The notes under the pieces were generated by a model. It had not been told where the DNA came from and did not search any database. It was given only the letters and a program-made list of their open reading frames with translations. From Opitutia bacterium (GTDB lineage: Bacteria > Verrucomicrobiota > Verrucomicrobiia > Opitutales > T3Sed10-336), in contig JBJHCF010000045.1 in NCBI GenBank assembly GCA_050506795.1, positions 1 to 40,662 on the forward strand: 40,662 nt of DNA, read 5' to 3'. A program made the position numbers and the translations under genes. Positions 1 through 9,446 of the stretch are shown piece after piece. How positions within the stretch are numbered: position 1 is the first letter of the stretch; every line of letters starts with the position of its first letter.

Positions 1-1
1 G

Positions 2-151
2 ATCGGGACACGAGAGTTTGTGGAGGAGGTGTTGCGTCAGAACGCGGGGATGTTCGGCAAGAAGCGCAAGAGCGGCGCGGTGCGAATGCGGGGGAAGGGA
101 TTGCGGGAGTTGTACAGTTTGAGGAATTTGCAGAAGGATGTGTTTGGATGA
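2..151 (+). mobile_element. 3' end of a REP-associated tyrosine transposase (RAYT/IS200-like), partial at the window edge
   Basis: Frame 2 reads IGTREFVEEVLRQNAGMFGKKRKSGAVRMRGKGLRELYSLRNLQKDVFG*, resembling the C-terminal tail of verrucomicrobial RAYT-type transposases. The catalytic domain lies outside the window. Confidence 0.6.
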
Positions 152-185
152 ACCGTATCGCCGCTTTTGCGGCGATACGGTTCAT
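148..185. terminator. Perfect 17-bp inverted repeat (terminator or REP-like hairpin)
   Basis: atgaaccgtatcgccgc-tttt-gcggcgatacggttcat, lying between convergent genes and overlapping the transposase stop. Confidence 0.7.
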
Positions 186-245
186 AATAGGGAATAATCC
201 CGCCGCGGTCACTTTCTCGGTCCGCGTATTCGGTGCATTTCGTGG

Positions 246-893
246 TTAAAGAGTGTCCAGTTTATAGCCAATACCATGGACGGTCTTGATCCAACGTGGC
301 TCGGCTGGATTGGGTTCGATTTTGGCGCGCAGGGCGGCGATGTGAGTGTCGACGGTGCGGGTGGTGGGGAAGGCGGCGTAGCCCCAGACGACGTCGAGAA
401 AGCGCTCGCGGGAAACGGGTTGGCCGGGGGTTTCGGCTAGGAGGCGAAGCATTCCGAATTCCTTGGAGCTGAGGTGGAGTTCCTTTTCGCCGTGAAAAGC
501 GGCTTGGTGAGTGAAATCAATCGCCGTCTCGCCCAGTCGGATACGGTCCGGTGCAGTGGATTTCCGTTGTGTCCGGCGCAGGAGGGCGCGCACGCGGGCT
601 AGAAGCTCGTCGGTGCTGAAAGGTTTGACCAGGTAGTCGTCGGCACCGGCGTCGAGTCCCTGCACGCGGTCGGGCACCATTCCCTTTGCCGTGAGCATCA
701 GAATCGGGGTCCGATTGTCCAGGCCGCGCAGCTCCGCGCAGACGCTGTACCCGTCCACGCGCGGCATCATCACGTCGAGGAGGACGAGATCGGGGCAAGT
801 GTCCAGGGCTCGTTTGAGACCGATCTCTCCGTTGGAGGCCGTCAGCACGCGATAGCCTTCGGCCGCGAGGCAGTCCTCAAGAGCGGTTCTCAT
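246..893 (-). CDS. OmpR/PhoB-family response regulator with a degenerate or truncated N-terminus
   Basis: LLDVMMP, MLTAKG, GADDYLVKPF and winged-helix TVDTHIAALRAKIE...TVHGIGY. The N-terminal acidic pair is missing. Start uncertain (ATG 893; ORF open to 965). Confidence 0.85.
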   Translation of the reverse strand: MRTALEDCLAAEGYRVLTASNGEIGLKRALDTCPDLVLLDVMMPRVDGYSVCAELRGLDNRTPILMLTAKGMVPDRVQGLDAGADDYLVKPFSTDELLARVRALLRRTQRKSTAPDRIRLGETAIDFTHQAAFHGEKELHLSSKEFGMLRLLAETPGQPVSRERFLDVVWGYAAFPTTRTVDTHIAALRAKIEPNPAEPRWIKTVHGIGYKLDTL

Positions 894-1167
894 GGCGTGT
901 GGGTGGTATCGAATAAGGACATGGTTCCTATCAGAATATACGTTGCAGGGGAACCGAGTTGTCACGGATTTGCAAAAAATGAAGGGGGAAGGGGGCGAGG
1001 TCTGTCAACGGCGTGTGAAAAACTCTTCTAGATACCTGTTTGCATTGCGAATATCGGTCTTATGTCGGATGGTCTGACTACAAAATCCCGGAGCCGGATT
1101 AATACAATTGCCGGTGAAGAGAATAGAAAATCCGAAAAATTGACGGCGTTCCAGGAGGACGCTGGAC

Positions 1168-1392
1168 ATGACGAACAACAAGCAATACACAGAGCGTGTC
1201 GATCCGTTTATGCAGCGCTCATTATATTACAGGGAGATGCTTGCCGAACGTGAGGAGATCGCCCGTTTCAAATGGCTCGAATCGGAGAAGGCCGGAATGG
1301 ATATCGGATACGAGCGGGCGTTGATGGATTGGGTCCGAAAGCACCGTGACGATTGGCGGCAGGCCTGGCGAAAGCGCGAGCTTGGGCAGTGA
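1168..1392 (+). CDS. DUF4032-like small protein
   Basis: EREEIARFKWLESEKAGMDIGYERALMDW motif; GGAGG RBS upstream. Confidence 0.8.
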   Translation: MTNNKQYTERVDPFMQRSLYYREMLAEREEIARFKWLESEKAGMDIGYERALMDWVRKHRDDWRQAWRKRELGQ

Positions 1393-1546
1393 GGTACTGG
1401 TGGCGAAGACTTCCCGAATGTCCAATTTCCGATCTGAAATGCTTTTTCATGCAGCCTTCAGAGGCCGGATGTAGTGGCCGTGATGTTTCGGTGGAAGCAG
1501 CGTTTTTTCGTTGGTGGATAGGGGGTAGGCACGCTATACTGGGTTC

Positions 1547-1762
1547 ATGAGTGATCACATTTACAAAAAAATCGAGTTGGTTGGATCTTCTCCCGACGGG
1601 ATAGAAAAAGCCGTCGAAAACGCGATCGGGCGCGCGGCGAAAACCATTCGCAATATGCGCTGGTTTGAGGTGGTGGAGACCCGCGGACAGATCGAGAATG
1701 GCAAACTCGCTCACTGGCAGGTGACGATCCAGGTCGGGTTTACTCTCGACGAAAAGGACTAA
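1547..1762 (+). CDS. Dodecin (flavin-binding)
   Basis: [10 protein letters not shown]...[22 protein letters not shown]...WQVTIQVGF. Confidence 0.95.
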   Translation: MSDHIYKKIELVGSSPDGIEKAVENAIGRAAKTIRNMRWFEVVETRGQIENGKLAHWQVTIQVGFTLDEKD

Positions 1763-1810
1763 AGGCGGTTTTGCATTTACTTCCCTCCCGATTCTGGCTT
1801 CCTCGTTGGC

Positions 1811-3391
1811 ATGACGCAGACAAGGAAACCGGTGATTCTTATCATTCGCGACGGCTGGGGAGCCAACCACAACTCCGGCCATGCTGACTACGACGCGATT
1901 AAGCTGGCTAAAAAGCCCTGCGATGACCGCTTGAGGGACAGGTATCCGGTTACCGAGATCATGGCCAGCGGCCTGGACGTCGGATTACCCGAGGGCGTCA
2001 TGGGCAACAGCGAGGTGGGTCACCAGAACATCGGCGCCGGCCGGGTGGTTGACCAGGAAGTGGTTCGGATCAGCAAAAGCTTTCGAGAAGACAAAATGAA
2101 GGACAACCCGGTTTTGCGGGAGGTCCTGGCGAATGTCGAAACGCGCGGGTCCCGCTTGCACCTGATGGGCATCGTTTCCGATGCCGGGGTCCACGGGCTC
2201 CTGGAGCACCTTTATGGGTTGCTCCGCGAAGCCAAGGCGGCCGGGGTCGGCGAGGTTCTGATTCATGCCTTCACCGACGGCCGTGACACCAGTCCGCACA
2301 GCGGGGAGCGTTATTTGCGCGAGGTGGAAGAGCAATGCCGAGAAATCGGCGTGGGCCGGGTCGCCAGCGTGTGCGGCCGTTACTGGAGTATGGACCGCGA
2401 CAACCGCTGGGACCGGGTGGAGCGCGCCTACAATTGCCTGGTGGGGAAAAAGGCCGAACGCACGGCACGCGACGCGGTCGAAGCGGTCAAGGAGTATTAC
2501 GCAAATCCCATCGATTCGGACCGCAAGGGAGATGAATTTGTCACGCCCTGCTGGATCGTCGACGACGCCGGTGAGCCGGTGGGCACGATCGCCGACGGCG
2601 ACAGCGTGATTTTTTACAATTACCGGGGCGATCGCCCGCGCGAGCTGTGCAAGGCCTTTGTGCTCAACGATTTCGACGGCTTCGAACGCGGCAAAAAGCC
2701 GGACCTCGTTTTCGCCAGCATGGCCGAGTATGAGAAGGGGCTGCCGGTCAAACCGCTTTTCACCAAGCCGGAGAAAATGAAAAACATTCTCGGCATGTAC
2801 GTCAGCGAACTCGGCATTCCCCAGTTCCGCTGCGCCGAAACTGAAAAGTACCCGCACGTCACCTTTTTCTTCAACGACTACCGCGAAGAACCCTTTCCGC
2901 ACGAGGATCGCAAAATGGCGCCGAGTCCCAAAGTGTCGACTTACGATCAAAAGCCGGAGATGTCGGCGCATGAGGTTCGGGATCTGGCGAAGGAGGCGAT
3001 TCTTTCCGGGAAATACGGGTTGCTGGTGGTAAACTTCGCCAATCCGGACATGGTGGGGCATACGGGATCGCTGGAGGCGACGATCAAGGCGGTGGAAACG
3101 GTCGACGCCTGTGTGGACGACCTGCTCGAGGCATTGGCGTCGGTCGGTGGGCGGGCGGTGGTGACCGCGGACCACGGCAACGCCGACCAGATGTTCGATC
3201 CGGAATCGAACGGCCCCCACACCTCGCACACCCTGAATCCGGTCGAATTGTTCGTGGCGGGCGAAGGCTGTGAAAAACTCAAACTGCGCTCCGGCGGCCG
3301 CCTGGCCGATATCGCACCGACCCTGCTGGAACTGATGGAACTGGAGGTTCCGGACGAAATGACCGGACAGAGTCTGATCGTGAAGGGCTAG
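1811..3391 (+). CDS. gpmI: 2,3-bisphosphoglycerate-independent phosphoglycerate mutase
   Basis: [46 protein letters not shown] motifs. Confidence 0.97.
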   Translation: MTQTRKPVILIIRDGWGANHNSGHADYDAIKLAKKPCDDRLRDRYPVTEIMASGLDVGLPEGVMGNSEVGHQNIGAGRVVDQEVVRISKSFREDKMKDNPVLREVLANVETRGSRLHLMGIVSDAGVHGLLEHLYGLLREAKAAGVGEVLIHAFTDGRDTSPHSGERYLREVEEQCREIGVGRVASVCGRYWSMDRDNRWDRVERAYNCLVGKKAERTARDAVEAVKEYYANPIDSDRKGDEFVTPCWIVDDAGEPVGTIADGDSVIFYNYRGDRPRELCKAFVLNDFDGFERGKKPDLVFASMAEYEKGLPVKPLFTKPEKMKNILGMYVSELGIPQFRCAETEKYPHVTFFFNDYREEPFPHEDRKMAPSPKVSTYDQKPEMSAHEVRDLAKEAILSGKYGLLVVNFANPDMVGHTGSLEATIKAVETVDACVDDLLEALASVGGRAVVTADHGNADQMFDPESNGPHTSHTLNPVELFVAGEGCEKLKLRSGGRLADIAPTLLELMELEVPDEMTGQSLIVKG

Positions 3392-3469
3392 CCCTGGGGG
3401 GCCGGCACCAATCATGAGTAATGAGAAATGCGGGATTAACGGTCCCCAATAGAATCCTGAGCCCAGTCG

Positions 3470-4468
3470 TTACAGGACGTGAATCCGCGGCGGGTTCGGT
3501 GGAAGATGGTGCAGGGGGTTACGTAGCGGGCGGTTGAATGGGGGGGCGGAGATTTCGAAAACGTCTCCGTCTTCCGGTCGCACTCTGTTTGAGAAGCTCA
3601 GCAACGAGGTTCCGAAAAAATGGCAATGCACATCGCCTGGCCGTCGAAAGCGGCTGTATTTAAAATGGTGGTACTCGAGCCCGCCGATGCGGTAGCTCAT
3701 GTTCTCCTCGCCGGTGTGAAATACACCGCTCCATAAGCTCTCACCATCGCGGACCAGCCGTGCCTGTCCCTCAATCGTGGCGGGCAGTTCGCCGACGTGG
3801 AGCTCCGGGCCCAGCGATGCGGTGCGCAGTTTGGAATGCGCAAGGTAGAGGTAATTCTTTTTCTCCATGACGTGGTCGGAGAACTCGTTGCCCAGGGCAA
3901 AGCCGGCCCGGTAGACGTATCCGTCGTCGCCGATCACGTAGAGGCCGGCCACTTCCGCCTCTTCCCCGCCGTCTTCGGCGAAGGCCGGTCTCTCCAGCGG
4001 AGCGCCGGTCGGGCGAAGCCATGAGCCGTCGCCTTTGTAGAACCATTCCGGCTGCACGGGGGGTTGGGTGGGATCGGCCGGTCTGCCTCCCTCGACTCCC
4101 CAGCGAAAAATGCGCATGGAGTCGGTCAGGGCCTCCGCGTCGCCGGCGATTTTCGCGTGCATGGCGTCGCGGGTTTGGGCGCTGCCGAGATGGGTCAGGC
4201 CGGTTCCGGAGACGAGACAATGCGCGGGGTCCGGGTGATCAAGGGGAAGGAGCACGCGTTGACTGGCCAGCAGTTCGTCGAAGTCGTAGACTTCCGCGTT
4301 TGCGGCGCCGTTGACCAGTTCGTTCAGGCCGACGCCTTGTCGCACCGCGGCGCGAATCAGCTCGTAGGTCGAGTTCCAACCCTGGATGGCGCGGACGGTG
4401 TCGCCGTTGCTTTCAACGACGCCGACGCGCCGCTCGCCCTTGTCGGCCAGGAATTGAACCAGGTTCAT
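3470..4468 (-). CDS. AraD1/GguC family fumarylacetoacetate-hydrolase-like protein
   Basis: GTGLTHLGSA, QPEWFYKGDG, DGGEEAE, NEFSDH, NYLYLAHSKLR, HHFKY; start taken at MNLVQF. Confidence 0.9.
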   Translation of the reverse strand: MNLVQFLADKGERRVGVVESNGDTVRAIQGWNSTYELIRAAVRQGVGLNELVNGAANAEVYDFDELLASQRVLLPLDHPDPAHCLVSGTGLTHLGSAQTRDAMHAKIAGDAEALTDSMRIFRWGVEGGRPADPTQPPVQPEWFYKGDGSWLRPTGAPLERPAFAEDGGEEAEVAGLYVIGDDGYVYRAGFALGNEFSDHVMEKKNYLYLAHSKLRTASLGPELHVGELPATIEGQARLVRDGESLWSGVFHTGEENMSYRIGGLEYHHFKYSRFRRPGDVHCHFFGTSLLSFSNRVRPEDGDVFEISAPPFNRPLRNPLHHLPPNPPRIHVL

Positions 4469-4785
4469 GACGTTTTGCCGGTGTCGCGTTTGTGCCAGTC
4501 GCGGGAGAAGAGGTTGAAGTGAACCTGCTTTGACGGGTGGGCGGCAATGAGCGCCTCGTCCACGGTCACCCCGAGCCCCGGACCCGAGGGGAGGCAGACG
4601 CAACCGTCGCTGTCGATCGTGTAACGCGGGGCAACTTCGCGCAGGTATCCGATCACGGCTTCGGTCTTATTAAGCGGACGGACTGCTCCGAAGCCGGTGA
4701 TTCCTTCGTCGGTTTCGATCTTGACGAAGAGCAGTTCGCGCCAGGCGGTGCCGAGTACCAGGGGCGTGACTGATGTGATCTTCAT
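4465..4785 (-). pseudogene. Mandelate racemase/galactonate dehydratase-family gene with a large in-frame internal deletion
   Basis: 106 aa: N-terminus (LFVKIETDEGITGFG) joined directly to C-terminus (LPSGPGLGVTVDE); the catalytic barrel is absent. Confidence 0.85.
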
Positions 4786-5063
4786 GGATTTCGAGGAAAT
4801 CGAGGAACCGGGAAGGCGGCGACAAGATTTTTTGCGGCGTTTATTTTCGGCCGGGGAATGATTCGGTTCGTCGGGAAGGCACGGCTTTATGATTCCGTCT
4901 TTGAAGGCCGCATGAAAAAGCGATTCAGGATCGCGAATTTGAGATTCTTGATTTTTCGCCAAGAACGCGGAGCGAAGCTCGCGAATGAAAAGACCGAGGT
5001 CTGAGCGGAGGACGGGAACGGTTCCGCTTGAGTTGGATGGGGATAAGGTTTAGGAAAACGGCC

Positions 5064-5384
5064 ATGGAACGAGTCTGTTTTTTGCTGAAGGTCAGGCAGG
5101 ATAAACTTGCGGCGTACAAGGAAGCCCACCGGTCCGTCTGGCCGGCGATGCTGGAAGCGCTTCGGGAGACAGGTTGGACCAATTATTCCCTGTTTCTGCG
5201 CGAGGACGGTCTCCTGGTCGGGTACCTGGAGACGCCGGATTTCCAAAAGGCTCTGGCCGGTATGGCGGAGAAGGACATCAATCGCAAATGGCAGGAAACC
5301 ATGGCGCCCTTTTTTGAAAACATGGAAGGCGTCCACGCCGACGAGGCCATGAAACCCCTGGAAGAGGTTTTTCACCTGGATTGA
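5064..5384 (+). CDS. rhaM: L-rhamnose mutarotase family protein
   Basis: YKEAHRSVWPAML...NYSLF...WQETM...LEEVFHLD. Confidence 0.85.
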   Translation: MERVCFLLKVRQDKLAAYKEAHRSVWPAMLEALRETGWTNYSLFLREDGLLVGYLETPDFQKALAGMAEKDINRKWQETMAPFFENMEGVHADEAMKPLEEVFHLD

Positions 5385-5512
5385 GGGGACGTTGGTTTCT
5401 CGTTTTCCGAGTGGCGCTGTTTCCTGGAGGGCGGCGCTCCGCGCCGCCGCCGGACCGTGTCCTTCACTTGGCGGGTATTGCGAAGGGGGGGCGAGTCCCT
5501 CATTACCCCCAC

Positions 5513-6304
5513 TTATTCCTCCAGCGACTTCCCGCAGTGGGGGCAGGCGCGCTTTTCCTTGCGTTTGTTGATTTCCTCGATGAAGCCCGAACCGAGGATG
5601 GCGGTCGGCAGCGCGAAGAGGCCGATGCCGATAACCGCCACGCCGGATCCGAATATTTTCCCCAGGGCGGTGACCGGGTAAATGTCGCCGTAGCCCACAG
5701 TGGTGAGGGTGGCGACCGCCCACCACATGGTGGCGGGGATACTGGTGAAGGCTTCCGGTTGGGCGTCGTTCTCGGCATAGTACATCATCGATGACGACAC
5801 GATCAGCAGAAAAAGCAGAACGGTGGTGGTCATGATCAGCTCCTCCTTCCGGTTGCGCACCACGTCGATGAACAGGTGCAGGCTGGAAAGGTAGCGGCTC
5901 AACTTCGCGATGCGCAGGATCCGCACGATGCGCAGGATCCGCAGGAAGCGGAAGTCGACGCCCAGGAACGCGAGGTAGAAGGGGAGGATGGCCAGCAGGT
6001 CGATCACCGCCAGCGGCGTCAAGGCGAAGCGAAAACGGCCGGTCACCGGGTGACGGTACTTTTCCAGGCTGGTGCAGGACCAGACGCGTCCGATGTATTC
6101 GATGGTGAAAACGATGATGGAGAAGACTTCGAAGGCGAACAAATAGGTACCGGCGATCGCCTGGACCGCCGGAATGGTGCCGATGATAAACGCCGCGACG
6201 TTCAGCAGGATGAGGCCGAAGATAAAAACGTCGAAGCAGTGACTGGCGCGGTCCTTTTCGTTGCCGATCTCAAGGATTTCCCAGGTGCGTCGTTTCAAGC
6301 TCAT
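5513..6304 (-). CDS. Voltage-gated potassium channel / ion transporter
   Basis: S4-like RFLRILRIVRILRI, selectivity filter TTVGYGD, C-terminal CPHCG. Confidence 0.93.
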   Translation of the reverse strand: MSLKRRTWEILEIGNEKDRASHCFDVFIFGLILLNVAAFIIGTIPAVQAIAGTYLFAFEVFSIIVFTIEYIGRVWSCTSLEKYRHPVTGRFRFALTPLAVIDLLAILPFYLAFLGVDFRFLRILRIVRILRIAKLSRYLSSLHLFIDVVRNRKEELIMTTTVLLFLLIVSSSMMYYAENDAQPEAFTSIPATMWWAVATLTTVGYGDIYPVTALGKIFGSGVAVIGIGLFALPTAILGSGFIEEINKRKEKRACPHCGKSLEE

Positions 6305-6386
6305 CGGGCGGAAAGGTAGCCGCCCGAGATCTTCTCGACGAGACCTTTTTATTCGCAGGCCGACGGACGAGGCTCGAACACGGCGG

Positions 6387-6417
6387 CCGTCCTCACGCGA
6401 GGCTCGCGTGAGGACGG
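6387..6417. terminator. 14-bp perfect hairpin downstream of the GH51 gene
   Basis: ccgtcctcacgcga-ggc-tcgcgtgaggacgg; no clear U-tract. Confidence 0.5.
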
Positions 6418-6461
6418 GGCGCGGCGGACTCTTATCCGCTTACGGAAAACCCGGCCGGGGC

Positions 6462-8876
6462 TTACCGGAGTCTAACCTTGTAGAGGTTGATGCTGACCGG
6501 CTGTACCGTCACCGGCTCGTTCAGGTCGGTCTCGGGAAGAGATTCGATCCCGATCAACGGTTCTTCGCCGGGATGGTTGTGGGCCATCGGGTTTTCGTGG
6601 TGGATGGTCCATCCGGCCGCGTGCCCGTCGGGACGAAGACCGTTGAGGTCGAGTGAGACCTCGTAGGTGTTCCAGGTGCTGTTCACAACGCCGATGGTAA
6701 GCCATATCCCGTCGTCACAGAGCGCTGCGGCGATGTCGAGTTCGTCGCTTGTTCCGTCGACCTCCAGCGGTCGGGTGCCGAACTCCCGGCGGTAAAGGAT
6801 CAGCGGATACGCGGTGGCGTCGAATTCCACGGCGGTTTTGGTGGTTTTGATTGCCCCGATCACGTTCACCGTCTGGGCGTAGTAGGCGCTGTGAATGATG
6901 TCCGACTGCCGGAAGTACTCGTGCAGGCCCGCGGCGATCCCCAGGGCGTCTCTCATGAAGTAGCGGGTGCCGAGTTCCCCGAACACATGCGGCCCGTACC
7001 AGTAATTCCACTCGGTCATGGCGATGCGAATGTCTTTTCCTTCGAGTTGCGGCATCTCCTCACGGAGTTGGCGGTGGGCGTCGGAACGGCTGCGTATGAA
7101 GTTGGGCACCTGGCGAACGTGCGCCGTCAGGTCGTCCCGGCTTTGGGCGTAGAAATGCTCCGCGATCAGGTCCATGTGGTCGGCCGATCCCCGGAGAAGC
7201 CCTTCCGACCACCCCCCGGGAATGTTTCCGGAGCCGACGGTGATGATGTCAGGGTCCACCTCACGCATCATCGATTCGACCCAATTGTGTTTCAGGACGT
7301 AGTGGTTGAGCGACATGTAGCCCAACTGCCAGGTGCCCCACATTTCGTTGCCCACGCACCAGTATCTGACATCGAAGGGTTCCGGACTGCCGTTCATGGC
7401 GCGCAGCCGGCCCTGTTCGCTCCTGCGGTCGCCATTGGCGTATTCGAGCTGCGCGGCGGCCGAATAGGCGTCGCCGAAACCGGTATTCACCGTAATCATC
7501 GGCTCGGCGTCGATCAATTGGCATAGCCTTACGAACTCATGCATTCCCATGTCGTTCGGTTCAATGCCGGTCCAGGCGGGATTGCTGCGTGTCGGCCGGC
7601 GATCCCGTTCCCCCAGACCATCGCGCCAGTCGTAGCCGCTGACAAAGTTGCCGCCGGGCCACCGGTAGATCGGGCTGTTAAGTTCGCGCAGGGCTTCCAG
7701 CGTGTCGCGGCGGAATCCTTCGATGTTATCCGCTGGCATCAAGGAGACGACGTCAACGACGAGTTCGCCCTGGCCGCCCAGGGCGACAATTTCCAGGCGG
7801 GCTTCGTGCGTGTCGGCGCCCGCGGTAAAGCGCAGGGGCGAAGTGACGTGGGTCGTGTGGAGGCGGTCGACGACCACGGTGTGACGGTCGTTCCGTCCGT
7901 CTCCCCATACCAGGCTGATCTCCACCGGTGCCGCTGAAGCGCTCCCGCGGAGCACGATGTGGCCGGTGTAATCCTTTCCGCTGAGGACACCCAATTCGTC
8001 CTGGAAGATGCCGCCTGGTTCACCGGTCAAGTCGATCAGGGGACTGTGATCGCCGGAGTAGGCGTTATCTGTGGTCATTCGAACGTTATCGCGAGGACCT
8101 ATCACCTGCCAGGGAGAGGCGGCGAGCACGCGCGCGCCGGCGCCGGTGGTCCGCCAGATTGACCGTCCAGCGGGTACCGGGTAATAGAACTTCCGGTCCT
8201 GGAGCATTTCCGCCCAGATGCCGCCATAAATGCATTCACCGAGGTGTTCGATGAATTGGCCGTAGATATATTCCGAAATATGATGTGCTGCCGGTTCGGA
8301 AGCGATGGAAACCGCGGTCTGAAGGGTTTCTCCACCGGGATCGATGTTTCCGATCACCTCCAAGCTCAGGTCGTCGAACCAGGCCGTTCCGGTCGCTTGA
8401 CCCCAACCCCCGAACAAGGCGTTGATCTGAATCTCCTGCCGGTTTAGCGAGGTGAATTCGACTTCGACCCGAGTCCAGTCGCGAGTGCCCCTTAGTGCGC
8501 GGGTTTCGGCTCCCTCGAATGTATGGATGTTTAACAGGGCGCCCCGTCCGTTGCCGGGACCTTGCGCGACGTTTTCGGTTCGAATCCATCCGCTGAGGCG
8601 CAGGCGTGTCATAGCGGGAACCTCCACCGACTGGGTCCAGGCGGCGTCGCTTCCGGATGCCGATGAAATCTTGACCGCCGACCCGGTTCTCCCCTCGGAG
8701 TCCACCGAGAATTCCGCGGACCCGGCGAACGTGTGGGTTTCCCAGGCGCGGGGCTCTTCTTCGCGCAGGGAGTCGAAGCCTCCGTTGCGCAGCAGGTTCT
8801 GCGCTTCCAGTGCCATTCCCGCCGCCAGAAATATTGTTGTCAGGATGCTCAATGCTCCGAGCCGTACAATCTTCAT
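6462..8876 (-). CDS. Secreted GH51 alpha-L-arabinofuranosidase with an N-terminal carbohydrate-binding-like module
   Basis: Signal peptide; NLLRNGGF...WFDDLSL module; YGQFIEHLG, RWPGGNF, GNEMWG, TEWN. Confidence 0.92.
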   Translation of the reverse strand: MKIVRLGALSILTTIFLAAGMALEAQNLLRNGGFDSLREEEPRAWETHTFAGSAEFSVDSEGRTGSAVKISSASGSDAAWTQSVEVPAMTRLRLSGWIRTENVAQGPGNGRGALLNIHTFEGAETRALRGTRDWTRVEVEFTSLNRQEIQINALFGGWGQATGTAWFDDLSLEVIGNIDPGGETLQTAVSIASEPAAHHISEYIYGQFIEHLGECIYGGIWAEMLQDRKFYYPVPAGRSIWRTTGAGARVLAASPWQVIGPRDNVRMTTDNAYSGDHSPLIDLTGEPGGIFQDELGVLSGKDYTGHIVLRGSASAAPVEISLVWGDGRNDRHTVVVDRLHTTHVTSPLRFTAGADTHEARLEIVALGGQGELVVDVVSLMPADNIEGFRRDTLEALRELNSPIYRWPGGNFVSGYDWRDGLGERDRRPTRSNPAWTGIEPNDMGMHEFVRLCQLIDAEPMITVNTGFGDAYSAAAQLEYANGDRRSEQGRLRAMNGSPEPFDVRYWCVGNEMWGTWQLGYMSLNHYVLKHNWVESMMREVDPDIITVGSGNIPGGWSEGLLRGSADHMDLIAEHFYAQSRDDLTAHVRQVPNFIRSRSDAHRQLREEMPQLEGKDIRIAMTEWNYWYGPHVFGELGTRYFMRDALGIAAGLHEYFRQSDIIHSAYYAQTVNVIGAIKTTKTAVEFDATAYPLILYRREFGTRPLEVDGTSDELDIAAALCDDGIWLTIGVVNSTWNTYEVSLDLNGLRPDGHAAGWTIHHENPMAHNHPGEEPLIGIESLPETDLNEPVTVQPVSINLYKVRLR

Positions 8877-9282
8877 CTTCGATTCTCCGTGTTGGTGGTT
8901 CAGTTTTTGTCATCATCCGGCGAGGCCAGGCTCCGCGCTTCCGATGTTGTCCGATGCGGCCGGCACACAGGTGAACCCCATGGCGGCAATATCCCGCGGG
9001 GCCGGGTTTGCGCTCGATTGAATGAGGAGTCCGGTGTGCGTGACGTTGCGATCGGATTGCCGGTGAAGGTATCAGCAGATCTGATTCTACGCTACCCGTT
9101 GATTGGCATTTTCTGATGCCTGATTGACCGGGCTTGGAAAACGACGCATGGGGTTGTTTTTCAGAAGGGGTTCGGTGAGACTCGTCTCGTTCCGGGTTCG
9201 TCCTCGACCGGCTCACCACGCGAGGTTCACAGGGCTTTTATCAAGTCCTATGTGCCGCGGGAGGACCGAAGGACGTGGCTCC

Positions 9283-9295
9283 TGTGACTGTCACA
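9283..9295. promoter_or_regulatory. Palindromic candidate operator in the divergent GH51/SSS intergenic region
   Basis: TGTGAC-T-GTCACA. Confidence 0.3.
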
Positions 9296-9446
9296 TGAAC
9301 GGTTTGTTTACCAAATGCCCTCGTCCTGAAATCAATACTTTACATTCAGCAGGGGTTCGGGAGAATTCCGCTGTTTCGCCACACTACACTAGAGGTTTCG
9401 AAGCGGGGCTCCAAGGTCCTCCTTCCTTTTAAACAAGGATGTTTGT

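Noticed and set aside
5911..5946. 18-bp tandem repeat in the K+ channel gene
   Set aside because: It encodes the RxxRxxR S4 voltage-sensor periodicity.
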